64,000 nucleotides of DNA. Source: Candidatus Hydrogenedens sp. Lineage in GTDB: Bacteria; Hydrogenedentota; Hydrogenedentia; Hydrogenedentales; Hydrogenedentaceae. The notes under the pieces were generated by a model. The model saw nothing but the letters and a program-made list of their open reading frames with translations, searched no databases and was not told the origin of the DNA. Below are positions 50,267 through 59,412 of the stretch, in pieces (within the stretch, counting starts at the first letter, position 1; every line of letters starts with the position of its first letter). A program made the translations under genes and the position numbers. The DNA lies in assembly GCA_049968235.1 (NCBI GenBank), contig JBMFRC010000009.1, positions 64,001 to 128,000 of the forward strand, in the 5' to 3' direction.

Positions 50267-50692
50267 TTAGGATGAAGTATCTACTTCAGAAATATCAACT
50301 GGTTCAGAATCTTTTTCATCTTGAGGAATGGATTCGCCTGCAATCGCAGATTTTGCAATCTCAACCAATTTGGCGAAGGCTTCCTCATCTTTTACCGCAA
50401 GGTCTGCCAGCATTTTACGGTCTGCATTCATTCCCGCCTTATGTAGACCAAATACAAGACGGTTATAACTCATACCATAATTGCGTGCCGCCGCATTAAT
50501 TCGGGCTATCCACAAAGCACGAATTTCTCTTTTCTTGGATTTGCGGTCACGATAGGCATATTGTCCGGCATGGTCAACCGCTTGTTTGGCTGTTTTGAAA
50601 AGGCGATGATGGCTTCCACGATATCCTTCGGCTTGTTTTAATACTTTGCGTCTGCGGTCACGGGAAGCAGGATTGTTTGTTGCTCGTGGCAT
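50267..50692 (-). CDS. rplT: 50S ribosomal protein L20
   Basis: MPRATNNPASRDRRRKVLKQAEGYRG...RALWIARINAA. Confidence 0.9.
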   Translation of the reverse strand: MPRATNNPASRDRRRKVLKQAEGYRGSHHRLFKTAKQAVDHAGQYAYRDRKSKKREIRALWIARINAAARNYGMSYNRLVFGLHKAGMNADRKMLADLAVKDEEAFAKLVEIAKSAIAGESIPQDEKDSEPVDISEVDTSS

Positions 50693-50794
50693 TGCTCTTT
50701 CTCCTATTTTGTAAAATGTTATGTTTATGTTCCGGAGGCATCTTCCGGATACATGAACACGAATTTATTAATTAAAACAAAAAAAATCCCTCTT

Positions 50795-50992
50795 TTATGC
50801 GTAAGGAAGCATCACTTTTACATTTTTTGCTTCTACAGATGAGACCAGTGTAGTCTTTCTCAGGTGTCTCTTCTTCTTTGCTGATTTGGTCGTTTTTAAA
50901 TGCCTATTATAGGCTTTCTTTCTCAAAACCTTCCCGTTTTTAGTAACCTTAAATCTTTTTGATGCACTCTTATTCGTTTTTAATTTTGTCAT
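50795..50992 (-). CDS. rpmI: 50S ribosomal protein L35
   Basis: MTKLKTNKSASKRFKVTKNGKVLRKKAYNRHL. Confidence 0.9.
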   Translation of the reverse strand: MTKLKTNKSASKRFKVTKNGKVLRKKAYNRHLKTTKSAKKKRHLRKTTLVSSVEAKNVKVMLPYA

Positions 50993-51071
50993 GGATTAAC
51001 TCCTTTTTATTTAAACGTATTACAATTAATACATTTCTGGATAAAGAAGTTCCTTTTAGATTTGTCGTCGT

Positions 51072-51608
51072 TTAATTTGATTTGCCCGGACTGAGAGTAA
51101 TAGTTAACGACCTATCCTCAGGACGACAATGTTCGAGCGAGTATGTTTCTGAGCAAAGGTCCTTTGTAGATTCAATAATATTCTTTAGAACTTCGTAGGC
51201 AAATTCGGGGTGTTCATATTCACGACCTCGAAATACCACTGAGACCTTCACCTTATTTCCTTCTTCAAGGAACTCTCGTATATGTTTTAGTTTATATTCG
51301 AAATCATGTTTATCAATTTTCGGTCTTAGTTTTATTTCCTTCAGCACAATTACATGCTGTTTCCTTTTTGCTTCGCGGGCTCTTCTTTTCTGTTCATAAC
51401 GGTATTTACCATAATCCATTATTCTACATACTGGCGGGGTAGCATTGGGTGCTACTTCTACGAGGTCCAGTTCACGCATTTCGGCTTCCCTCAGAGCATC
51501 TCTTTTGCTCATGATACCTAACTGAACCCCTTTATCATCAATTACTCTTACCTGCGGAGCCCTGATTTCTTCATTCACCCGCACCGTGTCTTCAGACGGC
51601 TTTGCTAT
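51072..51608 (-). CDS. infC: Translation initiation factor IF-3, start re-assigned to AUA
   Basis: IF-3 consensus throughout (PVCRIMDYGKY...). An AAGGAG RBS lies 7 nt upstream of an in-frame ATA at 51608; the listed GTG start lies 8 codons inside. Rare AUU/AUA starts are the established autoregulatory feature of infC. Confidence 0.85.
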   Translation of the reverse strand: MAKPSEDTVRVNEEIRAPQVRVIDDKGVQLGIMSKRDALREAEMRELDLVEVAPNATPPVCRIMDYGKYRYEQKRRAREAKRKQHVIVLKEIKLRPKIDKHDFEYKLKHIREFLEEGNKVKVSVVFRGREYEHPEFAYEVLKNIIESTKDLCSETYSLEHCRPEDRSLTITLSPGKSN

Positions 51609-51786
51609 CGTTGTTCTCCTTAATTTATAGTTTTATTTGCCTCAACTTTTGATAAAATTATACTTTAACAGTATACATTTTATCAAATTGAAATTGATAC
51701 TTTGTAATAAGACCGACCAGTCAGACCTGTAACTTGTTTATCCCGGCTGACTTGTCCAACACAAAAACAAAGAAAAGGAGGCCATT

Positions 51787-52887
51787 ATGAAAATATGTGT
51801 TTTAGGTGGATGTGGGGATATGGCAAAAGTCGCCCTCGAATTACTTGCAAAAGAAACAGATGCTACTTCCGTTACCATTGCTGACATCAACATAGAAAAA
51901 GCGAAGCAAATTGCGGAGAATCTCGGAAGCAAGTTCTCCGCAAAATTTGTTAATGCAAAAGACAAATCCTCTATTATAGATGCAGTGAAAGAACATGATG
52001 CCACATTGGGATTTATTGGTCCTTTTTACCTATTTGAAAAAGATATTATTCAAGCATGTCTCGATGCTAAAGTTCCCTATGTTAGTATTTGCGACGATTA
52101 TGATGCGTATCTTTCTGCAATAACCCTGGATAACATTGCAAAAGAGAAAGGCATTACAGTTATTGCCGGATTAGGAAATTCCCCGGGAATAACCAATCTT
52201 TTAGCGAAAAAAGGCTATCTTTCTATGGACAAACCTGAACGCATTGAAATCAACTGGGCGGGCGGTTCTGATGAAGATATTGGACCAGCAAATGTAAAGC
52301 ATGTATTGCATATCTTCAGTGGATATACACTACAATGGCGAGATGGAAAAGAAGTAAGAATTAAAACGGGCACAGAACGGAAAGTAGTGGACTTCCCTGA
52401 ACCTATGGGAAAATTACCGGTCTATATCACGGGACATGCAGAGTCTGTTTCTGTTCCACGCAATTTACCCGGCTTAAAATATGTTTCACTTCACGGAGGA
52501 ATTCACCCACCTTATATTGCCCGATTAGCCACATTTTTAGGTAAACTCGGATTAACAAATACTCCTCAAAAACGAGAAAAACTCACAAAAATTTTACTGC
52601 CTCTTGTTAATATGGGTATTTTCTCTAAAGGCGGTATTGACCAGTCTGTATTTCGCATCGATGTTTACGGTGAAAAAGAGGGAAAAACTGCACACCATTA
52701 TTATTCAGGAGTAGGGCATATCGCTGATATAACAAGCATCCCTGCCGTTGAAGGAGCCCTTATGATAGCCAGAGGAGAACTAAATAAACCCGGCGTTCAT
52801 TCCGCTGAATCAGCTATTGATGATGTAGATGATTTCTTAAATCGTCTTCAGAATCGTGGCGTAAAACTCTTCTATCACGAAGAATAA
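51787..52887 (+). CDS. Saccharopine dehydrogenase-like NAD(P)-binding oxidoreductase
   Basis: MKICVLGGCGDMAKV Rossmann N-terminus; family-typical 366 aa. Confidence 0.65.
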   Translation: MKICVLGGCGDMAKVALELLAKETDATSVTIADINIEKAKQIAENLGSKFSAKFVNAKDKSSIIDAVKEHDATLGFIGPFYLFEKDIIQACLDAKVPYVSICDDYDAYLSAITLDNIAKEKGITVIAGLGNSPGITNLLAKKGYLSMDKPERIEINWAGGSDEDIGPANVKHVLHIFSGYTLQWRDGKEVRIKTGTERKVVDFPEPMGKLPVYITGHAESVSVPRNLPGLKYVSLHGGIHPPYIARLATFLGKLGLTNTPQKREKLTKILLPLVNMGIFSKGGIDQSVFRIDVYGEKEGKTAHHYYSGVGHIADITSIPAVEGALMIARGELNKPGVHSAESAIDDVDDFLNRLQNRGVKLFYHEE

Positions 52888-52964
52888 CATTAAAATTTAT
52901 CTATTCAATGGGTCAAACATATCCAACCTGTCCAACCCATCGAATGTGCTTTATCCGATATTCT

Positions 52965-53648
52965 CTACCTTTCCAATTTTTTATGGGAGAACCACCAATC
53001 GAAACATTCATAACCACCTTCTTTTGCTTTAGATAAACGTTCTTTGGCACTATGGGTATCCGTTGGTGGTGGTATAATCACGCGGTCCTTAATCAATTCA
53101 TTGTTAGGCCAATTTTCAGGCATGGCAACCTTATACTTGTCCGCAATTTGTAACGCCTCTACAATTCGGACAACTTCGTCAATATTTCTACCTACCTCTT
53201 GCGGATAATAAATAATCAACCGTATCCTGGCTTTGTCATCCACAACAAATACTGCACGAACTGTATTCGTACCTTTTCCCGGATGGACCAATCCAAGAGT
53301 ATTAGCAATGGCTCCATTATCTGCAATAATAGGAAATTGAATATCAATTCCTAACTTCTCCCGTATCCATTCTTCCCACTTTATATGTGAGAACACCTGG
53401 TCCATACTTAGACCTATCAATTCGCAATTTAACGTCTTAAACTTATCATACCGTTTTTGAAATGCAACAAACTCTGTGGTGCATACAGGCGTAAAATCCG
53501 CTGGGTGGCTGAACAGAACAAACCACTTTCCTGCAAATGCCTTTGGCAATTCCATTTTCCCATGTGTTGTCATTACATTCATCGCAGGGAACTCATCTCC
53601 TAATAATGGAATCCCTTGTTTTGTCCCTTCAGAACTATTCATAGACAC
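52965..53648 (-). CDS. Peroxiredoxin (1-Cys Prx/Prx6 type)
   Basis: [12 protein letters not shown] peroxidatic-Cys motif. Confidence 0.85.
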   Translation of the reverse strand: MSMNSSEGTKQGIPLLGDEFPAMNVMTTHGKMELPKAFAGKWFVLFSHPADFTPVCTTEFVAFQKRYDKFKTLNCELIGLSMDQVFSHIKWEEWIREKLGIDIQFPIIADNGAIANTLGLVHPGKGTNTVRAVFVVDDKARIRLIIYYPQEVGRNIDEVVRIVEALQIADKYKVAMPENWPNNELIKDRVIIPPPTDTHSAKERLSKAKEGGYECFDWWFSHKKLER

Positions 53649-53698
53649 TCTCCTTTCCTGAAAATAAAGTTAAATGTTACATAACACAATGAAAAATT

Positions 53699-54467
53699 AT
53701 ATGAGACCTCTGAATAAGTCATTCGAGTTAGCTAGTATGTATAAAGATATTATATACGAGAGGGGGTGAAAAAAAAATGAAACGAGATAAGAGAGAAAAG
53801 TGCTATAAATATAGCAGAAGTATTTTGGGTTAAATAACAAAGCAAGGGAAAAATAAAAATGAAGGAAAATCAACGTAGTATGGTAAAAAAGATAGAGCAA
53901 ACAAGTTTTATAGATTACGAGATGTTCCATCAGAAACCGCCTCGTCGTAGATGTTCTTTGAGGCAGATGCAAGAAGTAATACTATGGAAGGAACTTGGGT
54001 AGAGGGCGTATAGGGAGGAGTATATAAGGTGAACAGGGGAGAACGAAGACTTACGTCCTTACTATTTTATGCATTATTGAGCAGTGCGTGATAATGTCTA
54101 TGTGCTTTTGTGGCTATTACATCCAAATCTTTACCTTTTCTTTTCTCAGTATTTTCTTTGGTTGATTATATTTTTTCCCCACTACCAAAGAACACGGAGG
54201 TGCATGGAGGATACGGTGGGGTACAGTGAGACATAGGGAGAGGAGTATATCATTTCTTCTGAATGACTAAATATATTTGAAATGGATGTATGATTAGAGG
54301 TATGCATAGATACAAAAAGATAGAAAACGGACAGAAAAAACAAAATAAATTGATAAAAGTAGAAATACAGACTTTTGTATTTTAATTTCTCATCGGGATT
54401 TTATCTCGTAAAAATATATATAATTTATACCATTACCTCTTACACCACTTTTTCAGAGGTCTCATAT
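53699..54467. other. 769-bp non-coding element bounded by perfect 16-bp terminal inverted repeats (ATATGAGACCTCTGAA / TTCAGAGGTCTCATAT): candidate MITE or large structured ncRNA
   Basis: Left inverted repeat at 53699-53714, right at 54452-54467. No ORF of 60 aa or more on the plus strand. Internal direct repeat TAGGGAG(A)GGAGTATAT at 54011-26 and 54234-50. Confidence 0.5.
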
Positions 54468-55415
54468 CTTTTTTTGGTCCCTCAATGTATTCCGTTCCCA
54501 GAATACTCCATCCACATAGCCTTGAATTGTTCTATCAGAGTTGGCTAATTCTAATCGTTTTTCTGCTAAACAGCAATAAGTTTCGTCGATTTCTACCCCG
54601 CAATATTGCCTTCCTAATTTTTTAGCCACAACACATGTAGTCCCTACACCCGAAAACGGGTCAAATATAAAATCACCTTCTTTTGAACTGGCAAGGATAA
54701 TTTTCGCTACGAGTTTCTCCGGTTTTTGTGTTGGATGGTCTGTATTCTCAGGCATAGACCAGAACGGCACAGTTATATCTGTCCATAAATTAGAAGGATA
54801 TGTAAGCCGATAATTGCCATCGGTTTCTACTTTCCAATCTTTAGGGTTACCTGTTTCATCACGATAAGGTGCAATTACTTTCCGTTTCAGCATTACCGCT
54901 TTGCTATTAAAATAAAATTTATTTGAGACCGTTCCAAACCATATATCTTCCGAACAATTTTTCCAGTTATTCTTCGCACCTCTACCTTTTTCCCGTTCCC
55001 ATGTAATTCGATTTCGCACCTTAAAATATTTTGACATAACTCGATAAATAGCGGAGGAAGATTTCCAATCTCCACAGATATAAATAGAACCTGTCTGCTT
55101 TAATATCTTTCTCAACGGTTTTAACCAGGAATCCATCCATATTTCATACTCTTCCGAAGACATTTCACGAAATTTATTCGAATTAAAGTCTTTATGCAAA
55201 TTATAAGGGGGGTCTATAAATAACAAATCAACAAATGATTCAGGTAAAAAGTCAATAACTTCAAACAAATCTTGATGAAGAATTTTGTTGGTTATCTTCT
55301 CAACCGATACAGGATGGTTAATTCGTAAAATCTGTTTCGTATAAATCGATACTTCTTGTTTTGAGAGGGTTGTTGTCCTATTCCGTCCTGCTTTAAGATG
55401 TTTATCTACTGACAT
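54462..55415 (-). CDS. Orphan beta-class N6-adenine/N4-cytosine DNA methyltransferase
   Basis: DPPY (motif IV) near the N-terminus precedes FDPFSGVGTT (motif I), which is the beta-class order. No adjacent restriction endonuclease; lies 53 bp downstream of the ssrA 3' end. Confidence 0.8.
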   Translation of the reverse strand: MSVDKHLKAGRNRTTTLSKQEVSIYTKQILRINHPVSVEKITNKILHQDLFEVIDFLPESFVDLLFIDPPYNLHKDFNSNKFREMSSEEYEIWMDSWLKPLRKILKQTGSIYICGDWKSSSAIYRVMSKYFKVRNRITWEREKGRGAKNNWKNCSEDIWFGTVSNKFYFNSKAVMLKRKVIAPYRDETGNPKDWKVETDGNYRLTYPSNLWTDITVPFWSMPENTDHPTQKPEKLVAKIILASSKEGDFIFDPFSGVGTTCVVAKKLGRQYCGVEIDETYCCLAEKRLELANSDRTIQGYVDGVFWERNTLRDQKKI

Positions 55416-55468
55416 ACCTACTTTTTTGTAGTCGTATTATATACGAGCAAATCCTTTTTAATAAATAA

Positions 55469-55827
55469 TGGTGGAGGCGGCGGGAATCGAACCCGCGTCC
55501 GAAGATGTTTCAGTGCGGACCTACTACATGCTTAGCCCATCCTTTATAGATTCGCCATTGCGGAGCGCCTCAGGGCGGGCTCACCACAACCGCTATGCGG
55601 GATAGTTACTGCCTTTCAGGCACCGCAAATCCCAAAAGGACAGACCTGCTGGTTGACGCCCCAGTCCGTTAGCAGGCAATCACGGGTGGGACGCGCTGCG
55701 CGTATTAGGCAGCGAGGGCCAATTCTTGATTGGCAGTTGTTTGCGACCGGCTTTTAACGAGGCCAACCGGTCAACCTCGGCATGCATTCCACACCTCAAC
55801 CATCCCCGTCGAAACCTTTTCGCCCCC
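55469..55827 (-). ncRNA. ssrA: tmRNA (ssrA), one-piece; encoded tag ANQELALAA followed by UAA
   Basis: 5' GGGGGCGAAAAGGUUUCGACGGGG..GCAUGCCGAGG..UUGGCCUCGUUAAAAGCCGGUCGCAAAC.., tag ORF GCC AAU CAA GAA UUG GCC CUC GCU GCC UAA, 3' tRNA-like end GGGUUCGAUUCCCGCCGCCUCCACCA. Confidence 0.9.
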
Positions 55828-55970
55828 AGCAACATCCTATTATTCAATTGTTGTATTATATTATACGATATTTGATATCTAAAAATTTACAATAAAGATA
55901 AATTTTTTCAATAATATATTATTCTATTACTTATGTTGTCCCTATCTTTCTGGCTAAGATAAAATTAGAC

Positions 55971-57631
55971 ATGTCGAGAGGAAGTGAAGTAATGAAAAAT
56001 TTCTTCTCAAAAAAATCCTGCAAATCAATCTACTACCCTTTTGGATTCATTTTTTCTATCGTGCTAATTAATACGATTGCAAATAGTGAAGGAAATCAAC
56101 CAACATCTTTATCTACAACAATAGACCCCATTACTCGTTATATTCACATTTCATATACAGTCCCTGCAGGTACACCCGGAGAAAAACAATCTTATGCTCA
56201 TGATCTCCTATGGACAGACAACACATAGTCCTGAAACAAACCCATTACTACACAGGTTATACCGAAAGTAGAATTGATTATATTAAGTTAGTCCCCTTAT
56301 CCACAGAACAGGTACAAATGTTAGAAAGCCAATTTGGAACACCCGACAAAATCGTTGCAGGCTATTTTGAACCTTACTCATGGGCATTCTTCGAGGATAT
56401 ACAGGAAAGCCTGCAACATCGAGAACCTATTTCCACATATAAGGAAGCACGAGTTAATATCGTAGACATCCAGGTGGGTCGCTTCGGCATGAAAGTCGTT
56501 TATGAATCACGCTTAACCGACCAATTTCTTTACAACACTATCGGCGACCCTATCGGCGGTGTTATCCCCCATACAAGTAATGTCGGAAAAATGCAACAAA
56601 TGACCAACACATTACAAACCGAACTCCAATATGCCCACGAATTAGGCTTAACCGCACACGCCAACTTCGGAGCGACCTACTGCTATCCCGACACACCATT
56701 ACAAAGTGATTTTTCAAAACAACACCCCGATTGGATGACGGACGGATTATTGAGATATGACATACCCGAAGTTCGTCAATATATCTTATCCTTACTAAAA
56801 GAGACGCTTGAAATTGGTGCAGATGGCATCTCCATAGATTTTTGTAGGTATCCCGGTGGTATTGACAAACCTGAAACTTGCAATCAATTCCTGCGAGAAC
56901 TCAAAGCACTACGCGAAGAATTTGCAAAAAAACGTGATAAATCCATACCCTTATTACTCCGTTTCCCGGCGGAAGGTGTAAGTCTCTGGAAAAATTTCGA
57001 CTACAACACATGGATTCATGAAGGATTAGTTGATTACCTCTGCCCAAGCAACATCTAGGGCAGACATATGCACTTCGACATCACCCCATACAGCAACGCC
57101 GTTCGTGGCTCAACATGCAAACTACTCCCCGTCATTGATGGATTAAGTTGGGGACTCGAAATACCCGCCCTATTCCTATGGCGTATCCATCAACTCTACC
57201 AGGCAGGCACCGACGGCATTTATGTATACCAATCCGACGCACGCATCTGCACCAATAAACGACCAGAAGACAGACGCTGTATACGACTCATTTCCAGTAG
57301 CGAAGCAGTTCATAACTGGTGGCAACGATACAACAAACAAAATCAACAATTTAGCAAACGCATCTGGATACAACCCTCCGAAGACGGAGACCTCGAATAC
57401 CATAACTGGGAACGCTGTCGAATCTGGGTAGAAGGAATTACCCCTAACGAGGTCCAAATCCTCCTCGATGGACAACTCACCAATACTTATACTCAACCTC
57501 CCTAAATACTTGGCGGAGAAGATTACACCTACGATAACCTTATCACCCCCGGCACACACACCCTCACCATCCACGCCAAAACACAAGACACCACTCTATC
57601 CCAAACTTTCACCATCTCCGGCACAAAATAA
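55971..57631 (+). pseudogene. Disrupted glycoside-hydrolase-like family 10 (GHL10/DUF187) gene: one frameshift (about 56204-56228) and in-frame stops TAG (57056-58) and TAA (57503-05)
   Basis: Four consecutive ORF pieces that together read as one secreted protein (signal peptide ... GADGISIDFCRYPGG ... beta-sandwich C-terminus). Confidence 0.6.
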
Positions 57632-57704
57632 TAAGAACATTTATATTTCCGAACATCTTTCTCCCTTTTAAGAGATGAAACATTTTTTGTTCCTAAATTT
57701 TGTT

Positions 57705-57968
57705 TTATAAGGATAGAATTACACTATTAGAATCTACCCCATATTTATTGAAATATTGGTTTATATCCTTATAATGTTTTATTCGGTGAGGGTCCAAATA
57801 ATACAATTCCCAATGGCTAAGACTATTTATTATATAGTCCATGATTCTTTCATATTCTCTTTCATTCCGAATCACGTGTTCGTAATAATTCCTTTGCCAT
57901 GACTTCCTGTTTTCGTTTTCCAATCCAAAATTCTTATCCCCACATATATAGCCATTTGTTGTCATCAT
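57705..57968 (-). pseudogene. C-terminal fragment of an IS200/IS605-type Y1 (HuH) transposase (RAYT-like)
   Basis: SWQRNYYEHVIRNEREYERIMDYI matches the Y1-transposase C-terminal block (WQ.RFYDHVIRDE....YI.NNP). The HuH/Tyr N-terminal part is absent: only 99 bp remain before the next gene. Confidence 0.55.
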
Positions 57969-58067
57969 CTTAAATCACTGTAATACTTTTGACAGTAATA
58001 CCTACGATGATACTTGTATTGGCAAATCCATGTGTTCACTTTAAATATTAATAACATCTACAGAATT

Positions 58068-59387
58068 TCAAAACTCGAATTTCAGTACCCAGGCGTGTTG
58101 GCATGGGATTTGGGCAGGGGAGACGCAAGGTGTAGTTATAACTATTTGCCCGTATTGGTCTTCCGCATTTACCGGAATGTCTGTGCCGAGTAAGGTTACT
58201 TTGGGCACGGTCTGGAACTCAGCTGGTTTGGGGATGGTCCATGTCTCGGGGGGCCATTTCAACGCTATGGCATATATTGCATTCCCTTTGCGTGTGAAAC
58301 GGAAATTCTCCATCTTCGGTGCATCTTTCCATACATCCGTTCCGTAGATAGCATCACCGTTAACTTCTAACCATTTGCCCATCTCCAACAACCGTTCCTG
58401 CATTATCTCCGGTATGCGTCCATCTGCGGATGGACCTATGTCCAATAGTAGGTTACCACCCCGTGAGACATTATCTATGAGCAGGTGAAGCAATTCCGCG
58501 GTGCTACGGTAATTTTCCGCCGTCTCATTTCGGTTATAACCAAATGACCGACCCATACCCTGGCACTCTTCAAACAGTCCCTTTTCCATCAACGGACCCT
58601 CGGGGATATGTCCATACTCAGGTGTTGCAAAACCTCCATGTATATTACGACAATCTTTGCCCCAGCGGTCATTTACAACGATATCCTTTGGTGCGGGCGA
58701 TTCATTAAACAGCCAAGCTAAAAACTCCGTGCTCCGCCAGACAGAACTCGGATGGTCCCACTCCCCATCAGACCAGAACACATCCGGTTGATAGCGAATA
58801 ATTAAGTCTTTCATCTGCGGTAACATATGTTCCTCTACATAGCGATGTACATCCTGTTTATACAGCGGGTTGAACCATTCATATAATGAGTAGTAAAACC
58901 CGGCTTTAAGTCCAGCATTCTTTACTGCACTGATAAGGTCGCCTGCGAGGTCTCGATGCGGTCCGATGTCCATTGCGTTCCAATTCCAACTTTGCATACT
59001 GGGCCACATACAAAAGCCATCGTGATGTTTGGATGTCAAAACGACATATTTCGCACCCGACCTTTTAAATATATCTGCCCATTGGTTCGGGTCATATAAT
59101 TCTGCTTTGAACATTGGTGCAAAGTCCTGATATTGGAATTTTTCACCATATTTCTCAACATGGAATTTCCATGTGGCACCCTCTTTATTTTGCATGTGAT
59201 TCCAATACCATTCCGAATAAGTTTCCTTGGGTGCCCATGACGGGACGGAATATACCCCCCAGTGAATAAAAATACCAAATTTGGCATCTTCAAACCATTG
59301 CGGATTAGGTCGCTGGTCCAATGATTCCCATGTGGGCTCATAAGCAGTGGCAATAGCGGTCGCAATAACAAAGGATGTTAATAACAT
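58068..59387 (-). CDS. Alpha-L-fucosidase, GH29
   Basis: FGIFIHWGVYSVPSW and EWYWNHM blocks typical of GH29. Confidence 0.8.
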   Translation of the reverse strand: MLLTSFVIATAIATAYEPTWESLDQRPNPQWFEDAKFGIFIHWGVYSVPSWAPKETYSEWYWNHMQNKEGATWKFHVEKYGEKFQYQDFAPMFKAELYDPNQWADIFKRSGAKYVVLTSKHHDGFCMWPSMQSWNWNAMDIGPHRDLAGDLISAVKNAGLKAGFYYSLYEWFNPLYKQDVHRYVEEHMLPQMKDLIIRYQPDVFWSDGEWDHPSSVWRSTEFLAWLFNESPAPKDIVVNDRWGKDCRNIHGGFATPEYGHIPEGPLMEKGLFEECQGMGRSFGYNRNETAENYRSTAELLHLLIDNVSRGGNLLLDIGPSADGRIPEIMQERLLEMGKWLEVNGDAIYGTDVWKDAPKMENFRFTRKGNAIYAIALKWPPETWTIPKPAEFQTVPKVTLLGTDIPVNAEDQYGQIVITTPCVSPAQIPCQHAWVLKFEF

Positions 59388-59412
59388 AAGATATGCTCCT
59401 ATCGTTTAAAAT

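Noticed and set aside
53697-53972. 91-aa minus-strand ORF inside the inverted-repeat-bounded element
   Set aside because: Its composition is extremely hydrophobic and low-complexity (the complement of a purine-rich strand). It begins inside the left inverted repeat and has no RBS. It was treated as non-coding.
55441-55470. Search for an integrase or att direct repeat at the ssrA 3' end
   Set aside because: No tyrosine-recombinase-like ORF and no obvious duplicate of the ssrA terminal 20-30 nt could be seen by eye within 3 kb. The island is therefore described as decayed rather than as an intact integrative element.
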